Below are positions 1-10,128 of a DNA stretch of 64,000 bases, one piece after another. This DNA is from an uncultured Gemmatimonadales bacterium (lineage in GTDB: Bacteria; Gemmatimonadota; Gemmatimonadetes; Gemmatimonadales; GWC2-71-9). Each line of letters starts with the position of its first letter. Position 1 is the first letter of the stretch. The notes below the pieces were generated by a model. The model did not search any database and was not told where the DNA came from. It saw only the letters and a program-made list of their open reading frames with translations. A program made the translations under genes and the position numbers. Where the stretch lies: NCBI GenBank assembly GCA_963779755.1, contig CAVZZO010000001.1, positions 2,176,001 through 2,240,000 on the forward strand, read 5' to 3'.

Positions 1-151
1 GCTGCGCGAGGCGCCGCTCACCCTGCGGGACCTCGACCGGGTCAAGGAAGAGTTCATCCGCGTGCTCTCCAGCGTCTACCATACGCGCGTGGAGTATCCC
101 GGATCCAGCGGCGGCATCGCGGCGCTGTTCCCCCGTGCCGGCGCCGGGTGA
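1..151 (+). CDS. C-terminal fragment of HD-family phosphohydrolase (PgpH/YqfF-like, 7TM-HD), truncated by window edge
   Basis: Frame from nt 2 reads LREAPLTLRDLDRVKEEFIRVLSSVYHTRVEYP...GAG*. The YHxRxxYP ending and the position just upstream of ybeY are typical of this family. Confidence 0.75.
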   Translation, partial: LREAPLTLRDLDRVKEEFIRVLSSVYHTRVEYPGSSGGIAALFPRAGAG

Positions 152-563
152 GGTTGTCGTCGGCGGCCGCCGGCCCGCGCTGCCGCCGCCGCTCGTCCGC
201 CGGGTGGTGCGCGAAGTCCTGCGCCGGGAACGGCGGCAGGCGGACATTTCGGTCACCTTCCTCGGGCCGGTGCTGATGCGCCGGCTCAATGTCCGCTTCC
301 TGCGGCGCGACCAGCCCACCGACGTGATCGCCTTCGCGCTTCCGCAACCGGGTGGGGTGCTGGCGGGCGACATCTACGTCTGCCGTGCGGTCGCGCTCCA
401 GTCGGCGCGGCGCGCCGGCGTGCCGCTGCGGCAGGAGCTGATCCGGCTGGTGATCCACGGCACGCTGCACGTCCTGGGGTACGATCATCCCGAGGGCGCC
501 GGGCCGCGGATGCAATCGCCCATGTGGCGGCGGCAGGAGCGGCTGGTGCGGGCGCTGGCCTGA
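135..563 (+). CDS. ybeY: rRNA maturation endoribonuclease YbeY
   Basis: PTDVIAF, GDIYVC and HGTLHVLGYDH (HxxxHxxGxDH) motifs. Confidence 0.95.
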   Translation: MPAPGEVVVGGRRPALPPPLVRRVVREVLRRERRQADISVTFLGPVLMRRLNVRFLRRDQPTDVIAFALPQPGGVLAGDIYVCRAVALQSARRAGVPLRQELIRLVIHGTLHVLGYDHPEGAGPRMQSPMWRRQERLVRALA

Positions 564-564
564 G

Positions 565-1782
565 ATGACCGGAACCACCCTGCACGCGCTGCATGCCGTG
601 CTCGAGCTGCTGGTGGCGCCGCTCCTCGCCGGGCTCGCCACCATCTGGGCGGGCTGGATGGCGCTGGCGGCCGAGGCGGAAGCCGGCCTGCCCCGCATGC
701 TGGCGGGGGAGCTTCCTCCCGAAGCCGAGCTGCCGTCCTCCTCCCGCAGCCTGCATGTGGCGCACCTGCTGCTGCTCCTGCTGGGCGGCCTGCTGGCCGC
801 GGTGGCGGTCGGCTGGTGGCGCACCTGGCCGGCGCCGGTCGCGGCGGGACGCCTGCTCCTGTCGGTGGCGCTGGTGTGGGTGGTGGGTGACGGGCTGCCC
901 CGGATCCTGGCGGCGCTCACCCCGGACCTGCCGGAACTGGCGCGCGAACCGGCGCTCAGGACTCTGGCGCCGTTCGGACCCTTCCTCCGGCTGGTGGCCC
1001 GGGCCGACCGGCGGCGCCAGCCGGACCAGGCCGGCCCCCGGCGCCGGGCGTCCGGCGCCACGCAGCGCGACATGCTGCTGGGACTGTTCTCGCTGGCGGA
1101 TACCACCGTATCCGAGGTCATGACGCCGCGCATCGATATCGTGGCGGTGGATCTGGCTGCGGCGCGGGAAGAGGTCATCGCCACGTTGCGCCGTTCCGAG
1201 CATGCCCGGATCCTGGTCTACGACGAACACCCCGACGAAGTCTCCGGCGTTCTCTACGCCAAGGACATGCTGGCCAGCTTCGCGTTGCCGGGCGAAGGGA
1301 CGCCGTGGCAGCGCCTGGTGCGGCCGGCCACCTTCGTACCCGAGGGCAAGTCGCTGGACCGCCAGCTCCGCGATTTCCAGCGGGGGCACACCCACATCGC
1401 CGTCGTGGTGGATGAGTTCGGCGGGACGGCCGGCATCGTGACGCTGGAAGACATTCTCGAGCAGGTGGTGGGCGAGATCCAGGACGAGCACGACATCGAC
1501 GAAGTGGCGCCCATCCAGGAGACGCCCGAAGGCGGGTTACTGGTGCAGGGGAACGCGCCCCTGGCCGAGCTGGAGGGGGCCCTGCAGCACCACTTCGGGC
1601 GGGAGGACGTGAGTACGGTGGGTGGGCTGGTCCTCGCCGTCTTCGGACGGGTTCCCCGGATGGGCGAGACGCTGGAGCTGGACGGCTTCCGGCTCTCGGC
1701 CGATCAGGTGGTGCGGCGCCGCGTGCGGCGGGTGCGGGTGGAACGGCTGGCCGCTTCGCGCGGCGAGGAGGAGCCGTCGTGA
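565..1782 (+). CDS. Hemolysin-family/CNNM-CorC protein (TM + CBS pair + CorC_HlyC)
   Basis: N-terminal TM helices, [41 protein letters not shown]. Confidence 0.9.
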   Translation: MTGTTLHALHAVLELLVAPLLAGLATIWAGWMALAAEAEAGLPRMLAGELPPEAELPSSSRSLHVAHLLLLLLGGLLAAVAVGWWRTWPAPVAAGRLLLSVALVWVVGDGLPRILAALTPDLPELAREPALRTLAPFGPFLRLVARADRRRQPDQAGPRRRASGATQRDMLLGLFSLADTTVSEVMTPRIDIVAVDLAAAREEVIATLRRSEHARILVYDEHPDEVSGVLYAKDMLASFALPGEGTPWQRLVRPATFVPEGKSLDRQLRDFQRGHTHIAVVVDEFGGTAGIVTLEDILEQVVGEIQDEHDIDEVAPIQETPEGGLLVQGNAPLAELEGALQHHFGREDVSTVGGLVLAVFGRVPRMGETLELDGFRLSADQVVRRRVRRVRVERLAASRGEEEPS

Positions 1783-2972
1783 TCTGGCTCGCCTTCGCCG
1801 TCGGGGCGCTGCTGGCGCTGGGGGGCGCCGCCGTGGGCGCCGGGCTGGTCGCGCTGGGGCGGCTGGAGCTCACGCGCGCCGCATCCCGCCGGCTGCGCGG
1901 CGATCAGGTGCCCAGCCCCTGGCTGGGCCGGATCGACCGCTACCTGGCGGCGGCTTCCGCCACCATGTCGCTGGGCATTGTGCTGCTGGGGGCCGTCCTG
2001 CCCGCGCTGAGCGGCGGCATCATGAGGTTGGTCATCGCGCTGGCGGCCCTGATGGTCGCCCTGCCGCTGGTGCTCTTCAGCGGCTCGGTGGTGCCCGGCT
2101 GGCTGGAACGGCCGGCGGTGGAGCGCGTGGCGCGGCGGCTGGGCCCCCTGCTGCGGCCGTGGGCGGTGCTGTTCACGCCGCTGCTCCCGGCCCGCAATCC
2201 CGGACGGATCCACGAGATCCAGTCGGTGCTGCGGGAAGGCGCGGCGGAGGGGCTGCGGACCGATCAAGAGCTGATGATGGCCGCCGGCGTCATGACCTTC
2301 AGCGACCGGACGGCGCGCGAGGTCATGACGCCGCGCACCGACATCGTCGCCATCGCCGAGGATGCCGACCTGGGGGAGATCCACCAGGTCTTTGCCCAGA
2401 GCGGCTACACCCGCATCCCGGTCTATCGCGGCACGCTGGACGACATCGTCGGCATGCTCCACGCCTTCGACCTCTTCAAGCTGAAGGAGGGCGATCCGCT
2501 GCCCATCCGGCCGGTCACCATGACGCCCGCCAGCCGGCGCTGCGGCGACCTGCTGCTGGACATGCAGCGCGAGCGCCGGCACCTGGGCATCGTGCTGGAC
2601 GAGTTCGGCGGGACGCTCGGCCTGGTGACCCTGGAGGACCTGCTGGAGGAACTGGTGGGCGAGATCTCCGACGAGCACGACGAGCACCCGCCCGCCGGCG
2701 GCCCGCCGGCCACCCAGGTCTTCGAGACCGACGGCGCCACACCCACCGCCGCCATCGAGGAGCGCTTCGGCATGACCTTCGACGGCGGCCGCGCCACCAC
2801 GGTGGGCGGGTTGCTGACCGAGCTGGCCGGCCGGATTCCCTTCGCGGGCGAACGCTTCGTGCTGCACGATCTGGAGTTCGATGTGCTGCAGGCCTCCCCC
2901 AACCGGGTGGAGCGCGTCGTCATTCGCCCCGGTCCCGTGGCGCCTACCTCGCTCCCTCCCACCGGCGCATGA
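1779..2972 (+). CDS. Second hemolysin-family/CNNM-CorC protein
   Basis: AREVMTPRTDI, SGYTRIPVY, LDEFGGTLGLVTLEDLLEELVGEI; GTGA overlap with the preceding gene. Confidence 0.9.
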   Translation: MIWLAFAVGALLALGGAAVGAGLVALGRLELTRAASRRLRGDQVPSPWLGRIDRYLAAASATMSLGIVLLGAVLPALSGGIMRLVIALAALMVALPLVLFSGSVVPGWLERPAVERVARRLGPLLRPWAVLFTPLLPARNPGRIHEIQSVLREGAAEGLRTDQELMMAAGVMTFSDRTAREVMTPRTDIVAIAEDADLGEIHQVFAQSGYTRIPVYRGTLDDIVGMLHAFDLFKLKEGDPLPIRPVTMTPASRRCGDLLLDMQRERRHLGIVLDEFGGTLGLVTLEDLLEELVGEISDEHDEHPPAGGPPATQVFETDGATPTAAIEERFGMTFDGGRATTVGGLLTELAGRIPFAGERFVLHDLEFDVLQASPNRVERVVIRPGPVAPTSLPPTGA

Positions 2973-4318
2973 CCGCCCGGGAAGACACCACCGATCTGAT
3001 CGAGCCCCTGCTCGAGCGGCTCCGCAGCGGCGACCTGCCGGGCTTCGCCGCCACGGCGGGCGAGCTGGAACCGGCGGACCTGAGCGACGTGCTGATGGCG
3101 CTGGAGCCGGACGAGCGCCTGACCGCCGTGCGCCTGCTGCCCACCGAATTGTCGGCCAAGGCGCTGTTTGAGATGCCCGACGCGACCGGGGCGGAGGAGA
3201 CCCTGGCCGCGCTGGACCCGGCGCAGGCCATGGCGCTGCTCGACGCGCTGAACGACGACGAGGCGGCCGACCTGCTGGGCCCCATGGAACCGGGCCTGCG
3301 GCTGCGCCTGCTCGGGGGGTTGCGCAACCGGGGCGAGGTGGAGCGGCTGCTCCGGTACGACGAAGAGACCGCCGGCGGCATCATGACCGGCCAGGTGGTG
3401 ACGGTGCTGGACACCGACACGGTGGCCCAGGCCCTGGAGCGGATCCGGCGGCAGGTGGAGCGGACCGAGGATTTCTATCAGATCTTCATCACCGACCGGG
3501 CGCGCAAGCTGGTGGGCGTGCTGCCGCTCAAGGATCTGGTGATCAGCCCGCCGGGGCGGCCGGTGCGCGACTTCATGGAAGAGGCCGATCCCCACGTCCC
3601 GGCCGACATGGACCAGGAAGAGGTGGCGCGGCTGCTGTCGCGCTACAACGTGCCCAGCGTGCCGGTGGTGGACGGCGACGGCCGGCTCATCGGGCGGGTC
3701 ACCTTCGACGATGTGAGCGACGTGCAGGAGGCCGAGGCCACCGAGGATCTGCTCAAGTTCGGCGGCCTCTCGGGCGACGAGGACCTGTCGGCCGGCTGGA
3801 CGGTGTCCGCCCGGTCGCGGCTGCCCTGGCTGGTGCTCAATCTTGTCACCGCCTTCATGGCCGGCGCGGTGGTGCTGATGTTTCAGGGCACGGTCAACCG
3901 GGTGGTGATCCTCTCCGCCTGGATGCCGGTCATCGCCGGCATGGGCGGCAATGCGGGGACGCAGGCGCTCGCCGTCACCGTGCGGCGGCTCGCGGTCGGC
4001 GCCATTCCCCCGGGCCAGTTTCTCCGGGTGATCGGCAAGGAGTCGATCGTCGGCATCATGAACGGCCTGGCCATCGGGATCCTGGTGGCCGGGGTGGCCG
4101 CGCTGCTGGGCGGCCATCCCCGGCTGGGCCTGGTGGTGTTTCTCGCCATGAGCGGCAACCTGTTCGTCGCGGGCTTCGCCGGCGCGTTCATTCCCATGCT
4201 GCTGGAGCATCGCGGGGTGGACCCGGCGGTTGCCTCCTCCATCTTCGTCACCACCTTCACGGACATCTGCGGCTTTACCCTGCTGCTGGGGCTGGCCCAC
4301 CTGCTGCTGGGTGGCTGA
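2969..4318 (+). CDS. mgtE: Magnesium transporter MgtE
   Basis: ATG at 2969 overlaps the previous stop; YDEETAGGIMT, CBS pair, RLPWL, GMGGNAGTQ, DPAVASSIFVTTFTD. Confidence 0.95.
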   Translation: MTAREDTTDLIEPLLERLRSGDLPGFAATAGELEPADLSDVLMALEPDERLTAVRLLPTELSAKALFEMPDATGAEETLAALDPAQAMALLDALNDDEAADLLGPMEPGLRLRLLGGLRNRGEVERLLRYDEETAGGIMTGQVVTVLDTDTVAQALERIRRQVERTEDFYQIFITDRARKLVGVLPLKDLVISPPGRPVRDFMEEADPHVPADMDQEEVARLLSRYNVPSVPVVDGDGRLIGRVTFDDVSDVQEAEATEDLLKFGGLSGDEDLSAGWTVSARSRLPWLVLNLVTAFMAGAVVLMFQGTVNRVVILSAWMPVIAGMGGNAGTQALAVTVRRLAVGAIPPGQFLRVIGKESIVGIMNGLAIGILVAGVAALLGGHPRLGLVVFLAMSGNLFVAGFAGAFIPMLLEHRGVDPAVASSIFVTTFTDICGFTLLLGLAHLLLGG

Positions 4319-5949
4319 TGCGCGCAATCGTCATCTTCCTTCGCCTGGCGCCCTTCGTGGTCGCCTTCCTGCGCGACCGCCGCCGCTGGATTCTCTTCGG
4401 CCGCCCCGCCCGCCGGACACCCGAGGCACAGGCTGCCCGCGCCGAGCGGCTGACCGCCACCCTGGCGGGCCTGGGGCCCACGTTCATCAAACTGGCGCAG
4501 GTGTTCGGGTCGCGGGCCGATATTCTGCCGGAGCCCTACCTCGGCGCCATTTCGACCCTGGTCGACCGGGTGCCGCCGCTGGCGCCGGGCGTGGCCGAAC
4601 AGGTCATCGCGCGGGAGGCCGGCCGGCCGGTGGGGGAGCTGTTCACCCGGTTCGACGCGGAACCGCTGGCGGCCGCCTCGCTGGGGCAGGTGCATCGGGC
4701 GGCGATGCCCGGGCGCGAGGTGGTGGTGAAGATCCTTCGGCCCGGCGTGGAGGACCTGGTGGAGCAGGACCTGCGGATTTCCTTCCGCATCCTCTTCGGA
4801 CTGAACCTGCTCTTCCCCAACCATCACATCCGCGCCATCACCGCCATCGTACAGGAGTTCCAGAAGCGGATCTGGGAGGAGATGGATTTCCGGGAGGAGG
4901 CGAAAAACGCGCAGGTGTTGCGCGCCAACTTCGCGGCCGACCCGCGGGTGGTGATTCCGGAGGTGGTCGACTGGCTCACCCAGCGCCGGATGCTGGTGCT
5001 GGAATATGTGGAGGGCACCCGGATCGACCGGCTGCAGGACCGGGTGGCCGCGGGCGAGCTGGATCTTACCGCGCTGGTGCGCACCGTGGTGGAGCTGTAT
5101 CTCCAGATGATGCTGGTGGACGGCGTATTCCACGCCGACCCGCACCCGGGCAACCTGCTGGTGGACCGCCAGGGCCGGCTGGTGCTGCTCGATTTCGGCA
5201 TGGTCCTGCGGGTGGAGCGTGAGACCCGCTCCCGCATCGTACGCACCGTGCTCTCGGTGCTGAGCCAGGACGTGGACGGCGTCATCAACGGCTTCTACGA
5301 ACTGGGGATTCTCGATCCCGACGTGGACCGCGGCACGGTGCGCGACGCCGCCCAGCAGCTGCTGAGTCTCACGGTCCGGAACGACCTGTCGCCGCGCCAG
5401 CTCCAGCGCATAGTCGACGACGTGCTGCGGACGTTCTACGACTGGCCGCTGATGCTGCCCAGCTACCTGGTGTACTTCGGGCGCGCCGCCGTGCTGGTCG
5501 AGGGGATCGGGCTGCGCTACGATCCCAACTTCAACGGGATGAACGTGATCCGCCCGGCGGTGGAGACCTACCGCGACCGGCTCATCCTCGGCCTGGCCGA
5601 CGACCGGGGAGTGTTCGGCGACTGGCCGCAGGAAGCGGCGGCGGTGCTGCGCCGGATGCGCGATCTGCTGCGCCGCGTGGACCGCGAGGAGCTGCGGGTG
5701 CGCTGGCACCCGCGCGACACGCTGGAGTTGCAGCGTTTTCTGGCCCAGCAGGTGCGGCGGGGATTGCTCTCGATCTTTGCCTTTACCATCGCGCTCATCA
5801 CCGCCATCGTTTACCTGGCTGTGCGCCGCCTGGAACTGCTGATCGTCGGACTCTTCCTCTCTCTGGGCATGTTCCTGGTCATCTTCCTCATGCCCAGCCA
5901 TCTCTTCCAGAATCCGCTGCGGTTCCGGCCCCGGCGGCCGCCGCGGTAG
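4318..5949 (+). CDS. ABC1/UbiB/AarF family atypical kinase
   Basis: LGPTFIKLAQ, PLAAASLGQVHRA, VVVKILRPG, FHADPHPGN, DFGMV; C-terminal TM helices. Confidence 0.92.
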   Translation: MRAIVIFLRLAPFVVAFLRDRRRWILFGRPARRTPEAQAARAERLTATLAGLGPTFIKLAQVFGSRADILPEPYLGAISTLVDRVPPLAPGVAEQVIAREAGRPVGELFTRFDAEPLAAASLGQVHRAAMPGREVVVKILRPGVEDLVEQDLRISFRILFGLNLLFPNHHIRAITAIVQEFQKRIWEEMDFREEAKNAQVLRANFAADPRVVIPEVVDWLTQRRMLVLEYVEGTRIDRLQDRVAAGELDLTALVRTVVELYLQMMLVDGVFHADPHPGNLLVDRQGRLVLLDFGMVLRVERETRSRIVRTVLSVLSQDVDGVINGFYELGILDPDVDRGTVRDAAQQLLSLTVRNDLSPRQLQRIVDDVLRTFYDWPLMLPSYLVYFGRAAVLVEGIGLRYDPNFNGMNVIRPAVETYRDRLILGLADDRGVFGDWPQEAAAVLRRMRDLLRRVDREELRVRWHPRDTLELQRFLAQQVRRGLLSIFAFTIALITAIVYLAVRRLELLIVGLFLSLGMFLVIFLMPSHLFQNPLRFRPRRPPR

Positions 5950-5965
5950 GAAAGGGGAGTCAGGA

Positions 5966-6532
5966 GTGGGGATTGAAGGATCTGCTGGCTGCCTGGCGAT
6001 CCGGGCCGCCACGGCGGAGGATGCCGCGATGCTGGCCGAGTTCGCCGCGCGCACGTTCCGCGAAACCTTCTCGGCGCAGAATACGGCGCACGACATGGAA
6101 CTCTTCCTGTCGCGGACGTACGGCCCGGAACGGCAGGCGGACGAGCTACGCGACCCGGCGATGACGACGCTCCTGGCCGAGGAGGCGGGGACGCTGGTCG
6201 CCTTCGCGCAGCTGCGCGAGGGGCCGGCGCCACCCCGCGTCCCCGGCCGCCGCCCGCTGGAGGTGCAGCGCTTCTATGTGGACCGGCCCTGGCACGGCCG
6301 GGGGCTGGCGCAGGCGCTCATGGGCCGGATCCTGGACCATGCGCGTGACCGGCGGGCGGATGTCGTCTGGCTCGGTGTCTGGGAGCACAACGCGCGGGCG
6401 CGCGCGTTCTATGGCAAGCTGGGATTCCGGGATGTAGGCTCGCAGCCGTTCCTGCTGGGGACCTCACACCAGACCGACCGGGTCATGGCGCTGGTGCTCG
6501 GGCGCCCTCAGCTCAGCCACACGTCCACCTGA
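5966..6532 (+). CDS. GNAT family N-acetyltransferase (PaiA/SSAT-like); start uncertain
   Basis: RFYVDRPWHGRGLAQALM, WLGVWEHNARARAFY. Confidence 0.88.
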   Translation: MGIEGSAGCLAIRAATAEDAAMLAEFAARTFRETFSAQNTAHDMELFLSRTYGPERQADELRDPAMTTLLAEEAGTLVAFAQLREGPAPPRVPGRRPLEVQRFYVDRPWHGRGLAQALMGRILDHARDRRADVVWLGVWEHNARARAFYGKLGFRDVGSQPFLLGTSHQTDRVMALVLGRPQLSHTST

Positions 6533-6573
6533 ATGAATTCACTGCTCGGCCCGTCGTGGCTGCGCCACGGATA

Positions 6574-6604
6574 GGAAAGACGCCCCGCCGTTGCCGACGG
6601 GGCG
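6574..6604 (-). terminator. Probable intrinsic terminator after the peptidoglycan-binding gene
   Basis: CGCCCCG(6581-87)/CGGGGCG(6598-6604) stem followed by TCTTTCC on the minus strand; lies between convergent genes. Confidence 0.5.
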
Positions 6605-6659
6605 CTAAACGTGGGGCGGTGTTCTTGGCCGCACGCACCCCACGGGTGGGATCCTGCGA

Positions 6660-7061
6660 TCAGCCCTTGGGCTGCGGCTTCAACTTCGCCAGCTCATCCT
6701 CCGTCAGCCGGCCGTTGACCTTCTCCTTGTTCGCCTTCTGCCACGCGCGGAGCGCGCGCGTCGTCTCGCTGTTCCAGACGCCGGTCGCCTTCCCCTTGTA
6801 GAATCCGGCCTTGGCCAGGCCCTCCTGGGCCGCCTTGACGTCGGCCTTGGTATAGCGGTGCCGCACCGCCGGTTTGGCCCCGGCGGTCTGCGCCGTGGTG
6901 CGGGTCACCGTGGGGGCGGCCTGATGGTTGGCTGCGGGGGCGGCCTTCGGGGCCATCTGATGCTTCGCCGCCGGCTTGGCGGAATCCGGCTGCTGCGCCA
7001 GCACCGGGGCCGCCAGCAACAGCCCCGAAAGCGCCACAGCCATACTCACCGTGCGATACAT
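6660..7061 (-). CDS. Secreted peptidoglycan-binding domain protein (PG_binding_1)
   Basis: Signal peptide MYRTVSMAVALSGLLLAAPVLA, Ala/Pro/Lys linker, VKAAQEGLAKAGFYKGKATGVWNSETTRALRAWQ. Confidence 0.85.
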   Translation of the reverse strand: MYRTVSMAVALSGLLLAAPVLAQQPDSAKPAAKHQMAPKAAPAANHQAAPTVTRTTAQTAGAKPAVRHRYTKADVKAAQEGLAKAGFYKGKATGVWNSETTRALRAWQKANKEKVNGRLTEDELAKLKPQPKG

Positions 7062-7130
7062 AGAATTGGTTCTCCATCCCGGTACGTGGTTGCCTGCGTC
7101 CTGCGTCACCTGCTGCCGTGGTGGAGGAAG

Positions 7131-7145
7131 GCAATCGGCGTACCA
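7131..7145 (-). promoter_or_regulatory. sigma54 (-24/-12) promoter
   Basis: Minus strand TGGTACGCCGATTGC matches TGGYACG-N4-TTGC, 70 nt upstream of the 7061 start and next to a sigma54 activator gene. Confidence 0.75.
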
Positions 7146-7281
7146 CACCCGCGGCGGCCGGCTGTGACACCGGAAGTGCGCTCGTTGCCTGGAGATAGAT
7201 GCAGCGGACGAGTGAGTGGCGGGCAGCGCACCGACGCGGTTGCGGCGCCAGATTGGCACCGCGGGACAAGTTGGCCCGGGC

Positions 7282-8718
7282 TCAGCCGTGCCGGCGGGGC
7301 AGCGACCAGCGCTGAATCATGCGGGTCAGCGTGCGGCGCGAAATACCCAGGATGCGGGCCGCTTCCTCCCGGTTGCCGCGGGTGTGCTCCAGCACCCGCA
7401 CCACGTGCAGCCGGTCCACCTCTTCCAGCGACGGTAGTCTGGCGTCCGTTCCGGCAGCGGCGGGCACGGCGGCGGGATGCGCTCCGCCGGCTCGGAGGGT
7501 GGACGGAAGATGCTCGGGGCCGATGATGTCCTGCGCCGCCATCACGACCGCGCGTTCCAGCACATTCTGCAGCTCCCGGACGTTGCCGGGCCAGTCGTAG
7601 GCCAGGAGCCGGGCCTGGGCGTCGGGATCGAGGGCGAGCGGGTCCCGGCCATGCCGGGCGGCGAGCATCCGCAGGAAATGATCGATAAGCAGGGGAATAT
7701 CCTGCCGCCGGTCGCGCAGGGGCGGCAAGGTCAGGCTCACCACGTGGAGGCGGTAGTACAGGTCTTCGCGGAACCGGCCTTCGCGGACCAGCGCCTCCAG
7801 GTTCCGGTGCGTGGCGGCGATGACGCGCACATCGACGCGCACCGCGCTCTCCGAGCCGACCGGCACGATCTCGTGCTCCTGCAGCGCCCGCAGCAGCCGT
7901 GCCTGCAGGGCGGGCGAGATGTCGCCGATTTCGTCCAGGAACAGGGTTCCCTTATCGGCCTCGCGGAAGAGACCGGGCCGCGAGCCGGTGGCGCCGGTGA
8001 ACGCGCCGCGTACGTGGCCGAACAACTCGCTCTCCAGCAGGCCCTCGGCCAGGGCGGAGCAGTTCACGGCGACGAAGCGGCGGGATGCGCGGTCCGAAAA
8101 GCGATGGATGGTGCGCGCCACCAGTTCCTTGCCGGTACCGGTCTCGCCCAGGATGAGCACCGTGGCCTGGCTGGGCGCCACCCGCGCCACCGTCTTCATG
8201 ACGTCAATCATGCCGGGGCTGTGGCCCACCAGCAGCTCCTCGGAGGCCGGTTGGCGCGCGCCGGATCGCTGGGAATGCTCGACCCGGCGCTCGCTCACCT
8301 GGCGGCGGCGCTCGACCGCGCGGCTCAGCAGGAGCCGGAGGGTGCCCAACTCGTAGGGCTTGCTGATGAAGTCATACGCGCCGGCCCGAATTGCCTCTCC
8401 GGCGGCGGTGGCGTCGCCGAAGGCGGTGAGCACCAGAACGACGGTATCCGGGGCGACGTCGCGCAGGTGCTGGACCAGTTCGAGGCCGCTCTCGCCCGGC
8501 ATCCGCAGGTCGGTGAGCACCGCGTCGAACGGTCCGCCGTCCTCCAGCCGGGCCCGCGCCTCGCCCACCGAATGCGCTACCGTGACCTCGTAGGCCTCGC
8601 GTTCCAGCACTTCGGCCAGCAGGCGGCAGGCAGCCTCGTCATCGTCCACCAGCAGCATGCGGGCGCGGGGAGCAAGGGTGGGAGTCATGCCGGTGCCTTC
8701 GGAAGAGTCAGCCGCCAT
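7282..8718 (-). CDS. sigma54-dependent response regulator (NtrC/AtoC family)
   Basis: Receiver domain (LVDDD, TDLRMP), GETGTGKE, ESELFGHVRGAFTGA, FREDLYYRL, C-terminal HTH. Confidence 0.95.
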   Translation of the reverse strand: MAADSSEGTGMTPTLAPRARMLLVDDDEAACRLLAEVLEREAYEVTVAHSVGEARARLEDGGPFDAVLTDLRMPGESGLELVQHLRDVAPDTVVLVLTAFGDATAAGEAIRAGAYDFISKPYELGTLRLLLSRAVERRRQVSERRVEHSQRSGARQPASEELLVGHSPGMIDVMKTVARVAPSQATVLILGETGTGKELVARTIHRFSDRASRRFVAVNCSALAEGLLESELFGHVRGAFTGATGSRPGLFREADKGTLFLDEIGDISPALQARLLRALQEHEIVPVGSESAVRVDVRVIAATHRNLEALVREGRFREDLYYRLHVVSLTLPPLRDRRQDIPLLIDHFLRMLAARHGRDPLALDPDAQARLLAYDWPGNVRELQNVLERAVVMAAQDIIGPEHLPSTLRAGGAHPAAVPAAAGTDARLPSLEEVDRLHVVRVLEHTRGNREEAARILGISRRTLTRMIQRWSLPRRHG

Positions 8719-10127
8719 CCGGTGCCCCGTTCCAGCGGCACGTACTGCAGATCGCCGCCCATGGCCCGGGCCAGCCGGCGGCTCACGGCCAGGCCCAGGC
8801 CGGTGCCGCTGGTTCCCTTGGTGGTGGCGAACGGATTGAAGAGCTGATGCCGGGCGCCGGCGGCAAGGCCCGGGCCGTCGTCCTGGATTTCGAGCGAGAC
8901 GCCGGTTCCGTTGGCCGCCATGCGCAGCACCACGTGGTCACCCGCCTTCAGCGCTTCGATGGCGTTCTTCAGCAGGTTGAGCAGGATCTGCTCCACCATG
9001 AAAGGATCGCAGAGCGCTCGCGTCCCGGCGGCGGGCGGAAGCATGGTGGCCTCGACGCCTGCCTCCTGGAAGGAAGGCTCCAGGAATTGCAGCATGTGTC
9101 CCGCAATCTCGCCCAGGTTGGCGGCGCGGAGCACCGGCCGGGGCCATTCGCCCCCGTCCAGCCGGGCCCGGACGATGGTCGCCATCCGGTCGACCTGGCC
9201 CAGCAGCAGGGTGGCCCGGTCCACGGCGGCCTGGTCGCCGGCCTCGCGCAGGTCGTCACGCAGGAGCTGCAGGTGCCCGCTCAGGGTGTTGAGCGGGGTA
9301 CCGATCTCGTGCGCGAAGCTCGAGGTGGTCTCCTCCATCAGCGCCAGCCGGTCAAACCCGCGGGCGCGCTCTTCCAGCGTGAGCAGCGCCGCCCGGGCGC
9401 GGCTCTCGGCCTCGCGCCGGGCCAGGGCCTCGCGCATGTGGTTGTACTGCCGGGCCAGGGCGCGGAACTCGGGCGGCCCCAGTTCGGGAGCGGCGGGTGC
9501 GCCGCCCGCGCCGGCGTGCGCGCCGGCCATGGCCCGGCCCAGTTCCGAGAGGGGCCGGCCGATCCAGCCTGCGGTGAGCAGGGCGACCCCCAGTCCTACC
9601 AGCGCCGCGGAAATGCCGGCCAGGGTATAGACGCGCCAGCGCTCGCGCCGGGCCCACGATTCCAGGCGGAGGGTGGAGACCTTGACGTCCAACACCCCAT
9701 AGGGCCGTTCGCCGCCGAGCGGCGCCGCGACCCGCCAGCCGGGGTCTGGCCCGCCGACGAAGGCGGTGGCAATACTGTCGCCGCCGAGCGCATCGAAGTC
9801 GATCCGCGCCGTGCGGTCCGGCTCGAGGGTGTCGCTGGTTACGGCCGCGGTGAGGCCGGTCGTGTCGCGCAGAAACACCTGCGCGCGGGTGCGGGTCACG
9901 TGCTGGCGCGACCAGCCGCTGAAGCCCTGCGCCAGGTCCTGCGGATCACCGGTTGGCGCCAGGTCGGTCAGAAAGGTGGCCAGCGTCTGGGCCAGGGCGA
10001 CCGATTCGGTGCGCAGGTCCTCCAGCCGGCTCCGCTGCGACCAGTCGAGCGCCACCTTCGCACCGGCCAGGACCAGCAGCACCGACATCACGGCAACGAC
10101 GGCACCCAGCCGGCGGGGAAGTCCCAT
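8685..10127 (-). CDS. Membrane sensor histidine kinase
   Basis: Two TM segments, HAMP-like linker, H-box FAHEIGTPL, NLLKNAIEA, DDGPG, GTGLGL; start chosen at MGLPRR. Confidence 0.93.
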   Translation of the reverse strand: MGLPRRLGAVVAVMSVLLVLAGAKVALDWSQRSRLEDLRTESVALAQTLATFLTDLAPTGDPQDLAQGFSGWSRQHVTRTRAQVFLRDTTGLTAAVTSDTLEPDRTARIDFDALGGDSIATAFVGGPDPGWRVAAPLGGERPYGVLDVKVSTLRLESWARRERWRVYTLAGISAALVGLGVALLTAGWIGRPLSELGRAMAGAHAGAGGAPAAPELGPPEFRALARQYNHMREALARREAESRARAALLTLEERARGFDRLALMEETTSSFAHEIGTPLNTLSGHLQLLRDDLREAGDQAAVDRATLLLGQVDRMATIVRARLDGGEWPRPVLRAANLGEIAGHMLQFLEPSFQEAGVEATMLPPAAGTRALCDPFMVEQILLNLLKNAIEALKAGDHVVLRMAANGTGVSLEIQDDGPGLAAGARHQLFNPFATTKGTSGTGLGLAVSRRLARAMGGDLQYVPLERGTGWRLTLPKAPA

Positions 10128-10128
10128 C

